In this document: in pieces, positions 11,357 through 25,938 of the stretch | Position numbering within the stretch: the stretch's first letter is position 1 | Layout of the letters: each line of letters opens with the position of its first letter | DNA from: an uncultured Chloroflexia bacterium | GTDB taxonomy: Bacteria > Chloroflexota > Anaerolineae > CG2-30-64-16 | NCBI GenBank assembly: GCA_963774265.1 | Contig: CAVZDU010000005.1 | Span: 160,001 to 224,000 of the forward strand | Length of the DNA stretch: 64,000 bases | Reading direction: 5' to 3' | Translations under genes and position numbers: made by a program | The notes under the pieces: generated by a model | The model's input: the letters and a program-made list of their open reading frames with translations, nothing else | Database searches by the model: none | What the model was told of the DNA's origin: nothing

Positions 11357-11442
11357 GATCCCGTGCCGGCCGATGCGAAGCCTCGCAACGCCGGCGTACC
11401 TTGCCGGGGCGGCCTGATCCGCACCGGTCACCAGGAGGCGTG

Positions 11443-13192
11443 ATGGCCAGCCAGGCCCTGTATCGCAAATGGCGCTCGCAGACGTTTGAGACCGTTGTCG
11501 GCCAGGAACATGTGGCCCTGACCCTGCGCAACGCGCTGCGCGACGGCCGCATGTCGCACGCCTATCTGCTCACCGGGCCGCGCGGCACGGGCAAGACCAG
11601 CACGGCCCGCATCCTGGCCAAGGCGATCAACTGCCTCCATGAAAGCCCCATGCAGCGGCCCTGCAACGCGTGCTGCGATCTGCACGGCCATCAACGAAGG
11701 CCGGCTGCTGGACCTGATCGAGATCGACGCGGCCTCGAACCGCGGCATCGATGAGATCCGCGACCTGCGCGAGAAGATTCAGTTTCGGCCCAACGAGGCG
11801 CGCTACAAAGTCTACATCATCGACGAAGTCCACATGCTGACTAAGGAGGCGTTCAACGCGCTCCTGAAGACGCTCGAGGAGCCGCCTCCGCACGCGGTGT
11901 TCGTGCTGGCGACGACCGAACCCGACCGTGTGCCGGAGACCGTTCGCTCACGCTGTCAGCGGTTTGACTTCCGCCGCATCCCCACCGCCGAGATTGTGGA
12001 GCACCTGAGTCACATAGTTCAGAGCGAGGGTGGCAAAGCCGACTCCGAGGCGCTGGTGGCGATTGCTCGCCGCAGCACGGGCAGTATGCGTGATGCTATC
12101 AGCCTGCTGGACCAATTGCTTTCTTACGGCGATGAGACGTTGACCCTGGCCCGCGTGGAGGCCGTACTGGGCCTGATCAACCAGGGAACCATCGGTGCGT
12201 TGGTGGACTATATGGCTGGGAGCGATGCCGGCCAAGGGCTGGCGCTCTTGAACCGGCTGGTGGCTGAGGGCGTCGAGCTGGGCCAGCTTGTGGACCAGGT
12301 CGTGGCCTATTTGCGCGGGGTGATGCTGGTGCGCATTTCCCAGTCGCCAGACTTGTTGGACCTGCCCCAGGACGTGCGGGCGCTCATGGCCAGGCAGGCG
12401 CAGCGGATGAGCACGCCGACTTTGCTGGCTGCTGTCAAAGAGTGGACCGAGGCGCGCGGCGCGCTGCGCGACCAGGTGCCGGGCGTGCCGCAACTGCCGC
12501 TCGAGATGGCTTTCCTGCGTTCCGCGGGCGCGGCGTTGGTGGATGCCGTTTCGGCGCCGCCGCCCGTGGTGGCTGCCGCTGCGACCGCGCCGGCTCAGGT
12601 TGTGGCGGCAGGCCCATCGCCCAGCCAGGCGCGACCCGGCGTCGAGAGCGCACCGGCCAGGACGCCTGATGTGGCGCCGCCGACCCGCGCGGCACAGTCC
12701 GCCCAGGGACCCGCACCGGCGCCTCAACCTACTCGCCGGGCCACACAGGGACCGGTGCAGGCAGCGCCCGCACCTCAGCCGACGTCTGCCCAGACGCACG
12801 AGCCTCTCGCAACGGGCGAGGATTTGCAGGGACGGGTGAACGCGAACTGGGACCGGTTTATGGCGCTGTCGCGCCAGCTGTATGGCATCAAGATCCAGGC
12901 CGCGCTCCGTAACGTGAAAGAGGTGGCGGTCGTGGGCCGGACGCTGGAACTGCATTTCGGCGCGGCGCACGGCTTCTCCCGAGATGTGATCAACGAGGGG
13001 GAGAACAGGCTGCACGTGGAAGACGCCTGGCGGCAGGTGCTGGGGGAGGACGTGACCGTCCGCTGCACCCTGGTGGGCGCATCCCCGGCGGCCAAGACAG
13101 TGGAATCGCGCGATGAGAGCGGGGAGTCCGGGGGCGATGCCCTCCTGGAAGATGCAAAACGTCGCGGCGCGGTGATCACGCCGTTGGATTGA
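11443..13192 (+). CDS. dnaX: DNA polymerase III subunit gamma/tau; 1-bp insertion near 11674
   Basis: [11 protein letters not shown], Walker A GPRGTGKT, zinc module, [22 protein letters not shown] motif; RBS AGGAGG. Confidence 0.96.
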
Positions 13193-13237
13193 TGGGCCGG
13201 CGGCCCGGTACCCACGGAAGGAGATGGAGGCAAGCGC

Positions 13238-13606
13238 ATGGCAAAAGGCAAAGCACGTCCTGCATATGGCATCCGTAAACCCACCCCCGGCGGTGGAGGT
13301 GGCGGAGGCGGCATGTCGGGGCAGCTGCAACGGCTTCAAGAGGAATTCGCCAAGACGCAGGAGCTGTTGGGCGATCAGACCGTCGAGGTGACGGTAGGTG
13401 GTGGCGCGGTTAAGGCGGTGATGAACGGGCATCAGAAGCTCCTGTCCATCACCATCTCTCCGGACGTGGTCGATCCCGAAGATGTTGAGATGCTGCAGGA
13501 CATGATTATGGCCGCGGTCAACGAAGCCGTAGAGCAATCGCAGGGGTTGGCCGCGCAGCAGATGCAGGGGTTGACCGGCGGACTGAATATCCCCGGCCTG
13601 ATGTAG
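13238..13606 (+). CDS. ybaB: YbaB/EbfC nucleoid-associated protein
   Basis: VGGGAVK...VDPEDVEMLQDMIMAAVNEA; located between dnaX and recR. Confidence 0.95.
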   Translation: MAKGKARPAYGIRKPTPGGGGGGGGMSGQLQRLQEEFAKTQELLGDQTVEVTVGGGAVKAVMNGHQKLLSITISPDVVDPEDVEMLQDMIMAAVNEAVEQSQGLAAQQMQGLTGGLNIPGLM

Positions 13607-13616
13607 GAGGGCGCGG

Positions 13617-14219
13617 ATGGCGCAAACCCTGGCGCGGCCGGTATCCAATCTGATCGAGCTGTTGGCGCGGCTGCCGGGCGTAGGTCCGAAGACCGCTTCG
13701 CGGCTGACATTCTACCTGTTGCGCGAGCCCGGCGGGTTGGCCGACGCGCTTGCGGAAGCCCTGGCCGCGCTCAGCAGCGGCACCGTGCAGTGCGAGCGCT
13801 GCTTCAATATCGCGGAGCAGAGCCCGTGTCCGCTGTGCGCGGACCCGGGACGCGACCAAAGTTTGATCTGCGTGGTTGAAGAGCCTATGGATGTGTTGGC
13901 CGTCGAGCGCACCGGCGCGTATCGGGGCGCGTATCACGTGTTGCACGGTGCGTTGTCGCCCATCGATGGGGTTTATCCCGAGAAGCTGCGGATTGCGGAG
14001 CTGGTGGATCGGGTGCGCGACACGCACCCACATGAGGTGATTCTGGCGACCAATCCGAGCCTGGAGGGTGAGAACACTGCGGCCTACATCTACCAGCAAC
14101 TGGCCGGCGCCGGGGTGCCGGTGACGCGGTTGGCTCGCGGTTTGCCCATGGGCGGGGACCTGGAATACGCCGATGAGGTGACCCTTTCCCGTGCGCTGGA
14201 AGGTCGCAGGTCGATGTGA
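13617..14219 (+). CDS. recR: Recombination mediator RecR
   Basis: LPGVGPKTASRL, C4 zinc finger, YHVLHG, EVILATNPSLEGE, GGDLEYAD. Confidence 0.97.
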   Translation: MAQTLARPVSNLIELLARLPGVGPKTASRLTFYLLREPGGLADALAEALAALSSGTVQCERCFNIAEQSPCPLCADPGRDQSLICVVEEPMDVLAVERTGAYRGAYHVLHGALSPIDGVYPEKLRIAELVDRVRDTHPHEVILATNPSLEGENTAAYIYQQLAGAGVPVTRLARGLPMGGDLEYADEVTLSRALEGRRSM

Positions 14220-14252
14220 GTCGGCTTGCAGCGAAAGCATCAAGGCTTGAAT

Positions 14253-14560
14253 TTGACAGCCTGCACGGCTCGTGGTAAATTCGACCCTCGTTGCGCCCGA
14301 AACGGCCATGCCTGACGGGGCGCACCACCCTTGAAAAAGCGGACGCACAAGGCTCAAAACAACGATCGTGACCCGATTTGACAGGGTTGAAAGCCTGTAG
14401 TAAGATCACCGATCGTTGCGCCGAAAACGGAGTGACCTCCGTTGAGGGCAGCGACCCCTTCCCAGTTGAAGACGCCGATTGAGTCAAAGTGAACGACTCA
14501 CTGGATTTGACAGCCCGATCAGGGTGTGATAATCTAGCGGATCGTTGACCCAGACGGCAA
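14253..14560 (+). promoter_or_regulatory. Three tandem rRNA promoters
   Basis: TTGACA-17-TAAATT (14253), TTGACA-17-TAAGAT (14378), TTGACA-17-TAATCT (14507). Confidence 0.85.
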
Positions 14561-14651
14561 CAGAATGACAGGAGTAGAAAGCGCCGACGCAAGTCGGCGA
14601 TTTTATCGCCCTGAAATACTGTAGGGGTTAGCGCAGTTCTCTCAAACGAGG

Positions 14652-14668
14652 GTACTTTAACAACTGAA
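14652..14668 (+). promoter_or_regulatory. boxA-like antitermination element and 5' arm of the 16S processing stem
   Basis: gtactttaacaactgaa; second copy gcaccttaacaactga at 16696-16711; each continues into sequence complementary to the segment after 16S (~16335-16360) or after 23S (~19790-19822). Confidence 0.7.
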
Positions 14669-14731
14669 GAGTGACAGGAAGAATCGAAGTCAGCTTTTGA
14701 GTGGAGCCTGACAGGCAAACGTAAGTAAGAT

Positions 14732-16230
<1,499 letters not shown>

Positions 16231-16373
16231 GGGATGTCGGATCTACCGAAGCTGTTGAAGCTGGCGGGTGATCGATCCCAGGATGCTCGGACTCTTCGGA
16301 GCCGGGCGAGCCATTTGAGGGTTGGCGGCGAGCTTTCTGTCACTTTTCAGGGGTTAAGGTATCTGGCGGGGAT

Positions 16374-16447
<74 letters not shown>

Positions 16448-16794
16448 CACAGGTACGCATTTGACACAACAGCAGAAGCAATTGGGCACCCCATAAGACA
16501 CGGGTCGAAGGTACACGCAAGGACGGTTTAGGCTGCCTGGCGTTGCGCCGGGCAGTTTTGTGTTATGGGGGTCCGGATAACTGGCGGGTGAGCCTGAGCG
16601 GGAGTTCGGGGGCAGCCGCCAGCGATCCGGGGATCAAGCGATCTGAGGATCGAGTGATCCGGGAGATCGATGGGGAACCGGTGCGAGGCACCGGGGCACC
16701 TTAACAACTGAGCGGAATAGAAGTAAGACGTAAAACACGGCGTACGCGTTGCATTGCAGGGTGTACGTAAGAATCAAGTGTTGCCGTCTCACGT

Positions 16795-19767
<2,973 letters not shown>

Positions 19768-19861
19768 ACGTGAGAAGGCAGGACTTGATAACTTCTATTC
19801 CGCTCAGTTGGGCAGGTGCACCGGGGGTGCACGGGTCCTTGACAAGTGTAGAGTGAAGCTT

Positions 19862-19977
<116 letters not shown>

Positions 19978-20036
19978 CAGAGCTTCTTCTTTATTAATCA
20001 GCCTTTCTTCTTTATTTATCCCACCCTCCTTTATCG

Positions 20037-20075
20037 GCAACGGCCTCCCCAAAACTGGGGGGGCCGTTGCTTTTT
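20037..20075 (+). terminator. Intrinsic terminator of the rrn operon
   Basis: gcaacggcctcccc-aaaact-gggggggccgttgc followed by TTTTT. Confidence 0.85.
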
Positions 20076-20131
20076 GGGCTGCTGTCTATTTGTAATATAA
20101 TTATTGATGGACTTGTATCAATGAGGTGAAC

Positions 20132-21130
20132 ATGCGGCTTGCGGCGGTCGTCCTGGCAGCGGGCCAGGGCACGCGTATGAAATCGGCCACGCCGAAGGTG
20201 TTGCATCCCCTGGCCGGCCGGCCTCTCGTCGAATACGCAGTGGCGAGCGCCCTCGAAGTGACCGGCGCATCGCCGCTTCTTGTGATTGGACATGGCGCAG
20301 ACCAGGTTCGGCAAACGCTGGGCGCACGGGCACACTACGCCTTGCAGGCCGAGCAGCTTGGCACGGGCCACGCAGTGCTCCAGGCTCGCCAGCAATTGGT
20401 GGGCCGCTCCGATGCGGTGCTTGTCTGGTATGCAGACATGCCGCTCATCACTGCCGACACACTGCGCAGACTGGTCGAGCAGCACTCGTCCAGTGGGGCG
20501 ACGTTTACCATACTGACGGTGATCGCGGAGGACCCGCACGGCTTCGGTCGCGTCATCCGCAATGCCGAGGGGCGAGTGAGCGCAGTCATCGAAGAGGTTG
20601 ACTGCACGCCTGAACAGTCGGCGATCCGTGAGTTGAACGCGGGCGTCTATTGCTTCGACGCAGCGTGGTTGTGGGATAATCTGGAGCGGCTGCCCATAAG
20701 CCGCAAGGGTGAGTACTACCTGACGGATGCGGTCGCGATGGCTGTGGCGCAGGGATGTCGCGTCGATGCGGTGATTTGCGAAGATCAGGATGAGTTGCTT
20801 GGCATCAACACGCGCGTGCATCTTGCGGAAGCGGAAGCCGCGCTGCGCAGGCGCATCAATCGCCGTTGGATGGAGGCCGGGGTGACCCTGGTCGATCCGG
20901 CCGCGACGACGATCGAACCCGATGTGACCATCGGCCAGGACACGGTGATCCTGCCCAACAGTATGTTGCGCGGCGCAACCACCGTTGGAGCCGGGTGTCA
21001 GATTGGGCCCAATAGCCTGATTGAGAACAGTGTAATTGGCGATCGCTGCACGGTTGTTATGTCGTACCTGCGAGGTGCGATCTTGGCTGAGGGCCGACAG
21101 ATTGGTCCTTTCGCCTCTGTGCAGGGATGA
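20132..21130 (+). CDS. glmU: GlmU-like UDP-GlcNAc pyrophosphorylase with only a short beta-helix
   Basis: LAAGQGTRMKS..PKVLH, QAEQLGTGHAV, ELNAGVY, EYYLTD, GINTR; a few hexapeptide repeats, ending at IGPFASVQG. Confidence 0.85.
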   Translation: MRLAAVVLAAGQGTRMKSATPKVLHPLAGRPLVEYAVASALEVTGASPLLVIGHGADQVRQTLGARAHYALQAEQLGTGHAVLQARQQLVGRSDAVLVWYADMPLITADTLRRLVEQHSSSGATFTILTVIAEDPHGFGRVIRNAEGRVSAVIEEVDCTPEQSAIRELNAGVYCFDAAWLWDNLERLPISRKGEYYLTDAVAMAVAQGCRVDAVICEDQDELLGINTRVHLAEAEAALRRRINRRWMEAGVTLVDPAATTIEPDVTIGQDTVILPNSMLRGATTVGAGCQIGPNSLIENSVIGDRCTVVMSYLRGAILAEGRQIGPFASVQG

Positions 21131-21148
21131 GACACAGGAGTTGTCCTT

Positions 21149-22519
21149 TTGGACGGTGACAGTAGTATCAGTAATTGGTTTGTAAGCGGACTGCCCTGGT
21201 TTTTGCCGGCGGTCCTGAGCATCGTGTTCCTTGGGTTGGTTGCGGCGGCTGAGATGGCCTTCGCCTGCCTTAACAGAAATCAACTGCGTCAGTTGGCGGC
21301 CGAGCAAAAACGACGGGGCGAGATCGCGGAGTTGCTGCTCAGCCATCCCGCGCATTTGTTGTCGACGCTCATGGTGACCAGAGTTCTGGCCTCCACGGCG
21401 CTGATCGTCAGCGCGATGTTTCTGGCGCGCCTCTATGGCAACTATCGTTGGCTCGGCTGGTGGCTTTTCGGCGGCGTAGCCGTGCTGCTCTTGGTGCAGA
21501 TCTTGAGCCGGGCCTGGGTGATCAACAAGGAAGAACGGACTGCGGTCGCGCTTGCGCCCCTGGTGCGTTTGCTGGCCTTGATCCTAAAGCCGGTGACATC
21601 TATCCTCTGGCGCATTGGCGGTGGTGCGGTTCCAAAGGGCGCCGCTCCTGAGAGCGTCTTTCTGAGCGAAGATGGGTTGCGTTTCCTCCTCCACGTCTCC
21701 GACGAAGAATCGGTCATCGAGCAAGAGGAAAAGGAGATGATCCAGTCCATCTTCGACTTCAGCGACAAATTGGTCCGTGAAGTGATGGTGCCGCGCATCG
21801 ACGTGACAGGCGTGACGGTGGAGACCCCGATGCTTCAGGCGTTGGAGGTCATCCTCAAGGCCGGACACTCCCGCATCCCCGTTTATCGCGACTCCATCGA
21901 TAATGTTCAGGGCATCCTTTACGCGAAAGACCTGCTCAAGTATCTGCGCGATGGCCGGACGGAAACACCGTTGGCCAGGATCGTGCGGCCCGCGTACTTC
22001 ATACCGGAATCAAAGAAGGTGGACGAGCTTCTGCAGGAGTTGCAGCAGCGCAAGGTCCACATGGCCGTGGTGGTGGACGAGTATGGCGGCACCGCTGGTC
22101 TGGTGACCATCGAGGACCTGCTCGAAGAGATCGTCGGTGAGATTCAGGACGAATACGACTCGGAAGAGCCCACTGTTGAAGCGATCAACAGTCACGAGTA
22201 TCTGTTTGATGCGCGCGTGTCTCTCGACGAGGTGAACAAGCTGTTGGACGTGGAGTTGCCGAGCGAGGGCGGCGACACCCTGGGCGGCTTCATCTACAGT
22301 CAGCTTGGCAAGGTGCCGGCGCTTGGCGACCGAATCGAGTTCGAGAATGTGACGATCGAAGTGCTATCAGTAGCCGGACGCCGCATCAAGCAGGTGCGGG
22401 CGACTGTGACGACCCCGGATGACGGCGCTCCCCCACCTCCGGCGGGCGAGCGCCAGGGCGTCAAGCCCATCGGCGAGAGCAGTGGCGCCGGTCTGCTGGC
22501 CTTTTTGAGTCTATTTTGA
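21149..22519 (+). CDS. Hemolysin-family (TlyC/CNNM-CBS-CorC) membrane protein
   Basis: N-terminal TM DUF21 region, [51 protein letters not shown]. Confidence 0.93.
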   Translation: MDGDSSISNWFVSGLPWFLPAVLSIVFLGLVAAAEMAFACLNRNQLRQLAAEQKRRGEIAELLLSHPAHLLSTLMVTRVLASTALIVSAMFLARLYGNYRWLGWWLFGGVAVLLLVQILSRAWVINKEERTAVALAPLVRLLALILKPVTSILWRIGGGAVPKGAAPESVFLSEDGLRFLLHVSDEESVIEQEEKEMIQSIFDFSDKLVREVMVPRIDVTGVTVETPMLQALEVILKAGHSRIPVYRDSIDNVQGILYAKDLLKYLRDGRTETPLARIVRPAYFIPESKKVDELLQELQQRKVHMAVVVDEYGGTAGLVTIEDLLEEIVGEIQDEYDSEEPTVEAINSHEYLFDARVSLDEVNKLLDVELPSEGGDTLGGFIYSQLGKVPALGDRIEFENVTIEVLSVAGRRIKQVRATVTTPDDGAPPPPAGERQGVKPIGESSGAGLLAFLSLF

Positions 22520-22962
22520 TGCGTGAACTTTCTGGGAATGAGATGACACTGACGCTATCGGAAATCGACCGCCTCCTGGCCCGGGCGGCTGAGGCTGCTA
22601 AGGCTGCCTACGTGCCCTATTCTCACTTTGCCGTCGGCGCCGCGTTGCGTGCGGAGGACGGGCGGGTGTTTACGGGGTGTAATGTCGAGAACGCTTCGTA
22701 TGGGCTGACGATCTGCGCAGAGCGGAATGCGGTGGCCCACGCAGTCGCGGAGGGCGCCCGGCGCTTCGATGTCATCGCGGTGGTGACAGGGAATGGCGTG
22801 ACGCCATGCGGCGCGTGCCGCCAGGTGCTCGCCGAGTTTGGGCCGGAGATGACCGTCATCGTCGGCGACGCAGCCGGCAATCGATGCATCTATACCATGA
22901 ATGAGCTTTTGCCTGACGCCTTCACCCCCGCGCATCTGGACGGTAGGGACGGCAACCACTAA
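22519..22962 (+). CDS. cdd: Cytidine deaminase (homotetrameric type)
   Basis: AYVPYSHFAVGAA, GCNVENASYGLTICAER, PCGACRQ; start may be 22543. Confidence 0.95.
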   Translation: MRELSGNEMTLTLSEIDRLLARAAEAAKAAYVPYSHFAVGAALRAEDGRVFTGCNVENASYGLTICAERNAVAHAVAEGARRFDVIAVVTGNGVTPCGACRQVLAEFGPEMTVIVGDAAGNRCIYTMNELLPDAFTPAHLDGRDGNH

Positions 22963-24385
22963 CCGAAGAACCTCGCAGGGCGGACTGCGCGGCGAAATAG
23001 CCGCACATCCCATGCACCCCGCCGCCGGGGGGCGTGGCTGACGAGCAGATGTAAACCCCCTCGACCGGCGTGGCGTAGGGATCGAGCCGGGCCACCGGCC
23101 GGGTGAATAACTGGCGTAGATCTTGAACGCCGCCGTTGATGTCGCCTCCCACATAGTTGGGGTTGTAGGCCTGCATCTCGGCGGCGTTGTGCGTGGCGCG
23201 GGCGAGGATTCGGTCCCGAAAGCCGGGCGCGAAACGTTCGATCTGGGCTTCGATGCGGCCGGTCATATCTTCGGTGGATCCATGGGGCACATGGCAGTAG
23301 GCCCAGGCCGTATGCTTGCCCGCGGGCGCGCGCGTGGGATCGAAGGGGGTTTGCTGGACGAAAATGACGTACGGCCGCTCGGGGTGCTCGCCGCGCCAGA
23401 TGGCCGATTCGGAGGCCGCAATCTCATCCAGCGTGCCTCCCAAATGCACGGTGCCCGCACGTCGACAGGCGCCTGCCTGCCAGGGCGCTGGGCCGTCCAG
23501 CGCATAATCCACCTTGAACACGCCCGGCCCATAGCGGTAACCGGACAACTTGCGCCGGTAGGGGGCGGGTAGCTTGTCCCCGGCGATGGCCACCAACTGC
23601 CGGGGCGTCACGTCAAACAGCACCGCCCGGCTCCGCGGCACATCTTCCATCCCCCCAACCCACTTCCCGGTCGCGATCTCCCCGCCCAGCGAGCGCAGGC
23701 GGCATGCCAGCGCGTCCGCGAGACGCTGGGAACCTCCCTCGACCATCGGCCAGCCCCGCGCATGGCCGAGCAGCCCTAACATCAGCCCGAACGCGGCGGT
23801 GGCCGGCCACTCCAACGGCATGATCGCGTGCGCAGCCATCCCGGCGAAGACCGCACGGGCGCGCTCTCCGCGAAATAGCAGGCGGGCCAGTGCAGACGCG
23901 GGCAGCAGACCCCAGGCGCCGAAGCGGGCCATGGTTAGGGGATGGCGCGGCAGGCGCAGCGGGCCGAGCAGCTCAGCGAGGATGTTGCGCCAGTCCGCGG
24001 CCAGCGGCGCCATCAGCCCGTAATAGCGGCCTGCATCGGGACCGAGCTGCTCGGCGGTGGCCGCGACCGGGCGCTCGATGGTGACGGCCGTGCCGTCATC
24101 CAGCGGGTGCGCAATGGCGGCGGGTGGAAAGACCCACCGCACCTCCGCGTCCGAGAGCTGCAGGCCGCGAAAGAAGGGCGAGGAAACCCCCAGCGGGTGG
24201 ATGGCGGAGCAACTGTCGTGGACGAAACCCGGCAAGGTCAGCCCGGCGGAGCGCATGCCGCCGCCGATTGTGTCCTTGCCCTCGATCAGCAGCACCCGCT
24301 GCCCGGCCCTGGCCAGCGTGATGCCGGCCGCCAGCCCGTTGGGGCCGGAGCCGACGATCACCGCGTCATAATCGGGAGTACGCAT
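22922..24385 (-). CDS. Phytoene dehydrogenase-like FAD-dependent oxidoreductase
   Basis: IVGSGPNGLAA, LTLPGFVHDSCSAIHP, WAYCHVP, TPPGGGVHGMCG. Confidence 0.9.
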   Translation of the reverse strand: MRTPDYDAVIVGSGPNGLAAGITLARAGQRVLLIEGKDTIGGGMRSAGLTLPGFVHDSCSAIHPLGVSSPFFRGLQLSDAEVRWVFPPAAIAHPLDDGTAVTIERPVAATAEQLGPDAGRYYGLMAPLAADWRNILAELLGPLRLPRHPLTMARFGAWGLLPASALARLLFRGERARAVFAGMAAHAIMPLEWPATAAFGLMLGLLGHARGWPMVEGGSQRLADALACRLRSLGGEIATGKWVGGMEDVPRSRAVLFDVTPRQLVAIAGDKLPAPYRRKLSGYRYGPGVFKVDYALDGPAPWQAGACRRAGTVHLGGTLDEIAASESAIWRGEHPERPYVIFVQQTPFDPTRAPAGKHTAWAYCHVPHGSTEDMTGRIEAQIERFAPGFRDRILARATHNAAEMQAYNPNYVGGDINGGVQDLRQLFTRPVARLDPYATPVEGVYICSSATPPGGGVHGMCGYFAAQSALRGSSVSGCRPYRPDARG

Positions 24386-24386
24386 G

Positions 24387-25181
24387 TCAGGCCGGCCAGT
24401 TTTCGCCCCGCATGAGACTGCCGGCCCACCGGACCGGCGTGGCAAGGGTGTAGAGGGTGGTGCGCACGGCCGCATTATGCCAGACATTTCGCCATTGCGC
24501 CCATTGCACCCTGGGGTCGACAAGTTGGTTTTGTTGAGACACTTCGCCGGTGACACCGAAGTGGGCCGCCAGGTTCTTCAGCGTCCCATGCCAGAACCGG
24601 TCCTCGTTGGGACCTACCACGCGCAGCCGGCTACCCAGCTCCCAAATCGGGTCGCTGGCTCGAATCAAGGCCTGCATCTGAACGACCGGTCCATCTTCGC
24701 CCGGCTCCGCGCTGAAGGTATTCATACCGGCGAACATGTGGCCCTGGGGTGTCATGAACGAAAACGATTCGTCGTCCGAATAGATCACCAGGATGCCGGT
24801 CGAGATGATCGGGCCCCCGCCCGGCGCGGTCATACCGCCCGGCCCGGCAAGATTCAGCACGGCCACCTGACCGGCCGCGATGGGACCGTCGGCGCCGTAA
24901 AAACGGTTCCCGGCGGGCCAGAATTTCGCGAAATTGGCCTTCCAGACTTCGATGACTTCTTGTGGCGTCGCTCGCGACCCAGCCAAGGGGATGCGATACG
25001 TCTTCTGCCACATCTGACCGAAGCCGAGCAGCGGCCCCGACAACTGCCGGCCCTCCACGTTCAGGTTGACGGCCGATCCCGGAATTGCCGGCGCCGTAAG
25101 CCTGGTGACCGGCTGCGCCCAGTTGCCTGCCGAGCGTTCGTTGGTCGTTGTGCTCGCTTGTTTCTCATTCTGCCCCATCAT
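24387..25181 (-). CDS. Conserved hypothetical protein (possibly DUF1990-like), in an operon with the STAS genes
   Basis: Well-formed ORF packed between STAS and oxidoreductase; GFGQMWQKTY, FSFMTPQGHMFAG. Confidence 0.7.
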   Translation of the reverse strand: MMGQNEKQASTTTNERSAGNWAQPVTRLTAPAIPGSAVNLNVEGRQLSGPLLGFGQMWQKTYRIPLAGSRATPQEVIEVWKANFAKFWPAGNRFYGADGPIAAGQVAVLNLAGPGGMTAPGGGPIISTGILVIYSDDESFSFMTPQGHMFAGMNTFSAEPGEDGPVVQMQALIRASDPIWELGSRLRVVGPNEDRFWHGTLKNLAAHFGVTGEVSQQNQLVDPRVQWAQWRNVWHNAAVRTTLYTLATPVRWAGSLMRGENWPA

Positions 25182-25221
25182 GTTTTCCCCCGTCCTGGCC
25201 TGCCTCGGCCATCCTGCATGG

Positions 25222-25572
25222 TCACGCAGCCGCGACGGCGGCAGCTTCATCGGCATAGATGCCGATCGCCTTATCCAACTGCGTTAACTCGAAGATCTGC
25301 TTGTAGTGATCGGTCAGCCCGTAGGCCAGCAGCTTCTGGCTCAGCCTCTTCGCCCGGATAAGCATCGTGACCAGGAGGCCGATCCCGGAACTGTTCATAT
25401 AGTCCAACCCGGTGAAGTTGAGCACGAGCGCCTTTGCGCCGCCATCGCAGGCCCGGCCGTACGCTTCCATCAGCGCAGCTTCGGCCTGGTTGGTGACTTC
25501 GCCCCGGATGTCCAGAATCGCTGTCCGCCCGTTTGGCTGGCGAACGTGAATGTCAATCTTACCTTGTGCCAT
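25222..25572 (-). CDS. STAS-domain anti-anti-sigma factor
   Basis: LVLNFTGLDYMNSSGIGLLV...IFELTQLD; RBS GAGGAGG. Confidence 0.93.
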   Translation of the reverse strand: MAQGKIDIHVRQPNGRTAILDIRGEVTNQAEAALMEAYGRACDGGAKALVLNFTGLDYMNSSGIGLLVTMLIRAKRLSQKLLAYGLTDHYKQIFELTQLDKAIGIYADEAAAVAAA

Positions 25573-25584
25573 CTCAATACCTCC

Positions 25585-25938
25585 TCAGGACTGCGGTACG
25601 GCCAGCGCGCTGGCCTCATCCGCATAGATGCTCATGAAATCGGCCAACCGGGTGATCTGAAAGATCTCCTGGTAATGCGGGCTCAACCCGTAGACCGACA
25701 GGCGGCGCCGCGCTTTACGCGCGCGGGCGAGGAGCCCGACGATCAGTGCGATGCCGGTGCTGTTGATGTAGTTCACGCCGGTGAAGTTCAGCACAATGCC
25801 CGGCGGGTTGGTCGATTCGGCCTCGGCGTACGCGCTGCTCAAGGCTTCATCAGCCCCTCCGTTGATGTCGCCCTTCAAATCGATGATGGCCGCGTCGCTC
25901 TCCTGTCGGATGCTGGCGCTAAAGTGCATGTCAGGCAT
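25585..25938 (-). CDS. STAS-domain anti-anti-sigma factor
   Basis: IIDLKGDI, IVLNFTGVNYINSTGIALIV...IFQITRL. Confidence 0.93.
   Translation of the reverse strand: MPDMHFSASIRQESDAAIIDLKGDINGGADEALSSAYAEAESTNPPGIVLNFTGVNYINSTGIALIVGLLARARKARRRLSVYGLSPHYQEIFQITRLADFMSIYADEASALAVPQS

Noticed and set aside
11360-11440. SRP RNA (ffs) upstream of dnaX
   Set aside because: A hairpin is present, but the conserved CAGG-GNRA-AGCAG domain IV core is absent.
11665-11685. Programmed dnaX frameshift (gamma/tau)
   Set aside because: The shift is inside the N-terminal zinc module with no slippery A-run; known recoding occurs after domain III. Likely a sequencing indel.
12560-12800. Pro/Ala-rich repeats in DnaX and poly-Gly in YbaB
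   Set aside because: Ordinary low-complexity linkers.
11948-13648. Long antisense ORFs (for example 566 aa here, 20012-21355, 32633-34036, 60924-62420)
   Set aside because: Shadow ORFs opposite well-supported genes in high-GC DNA.
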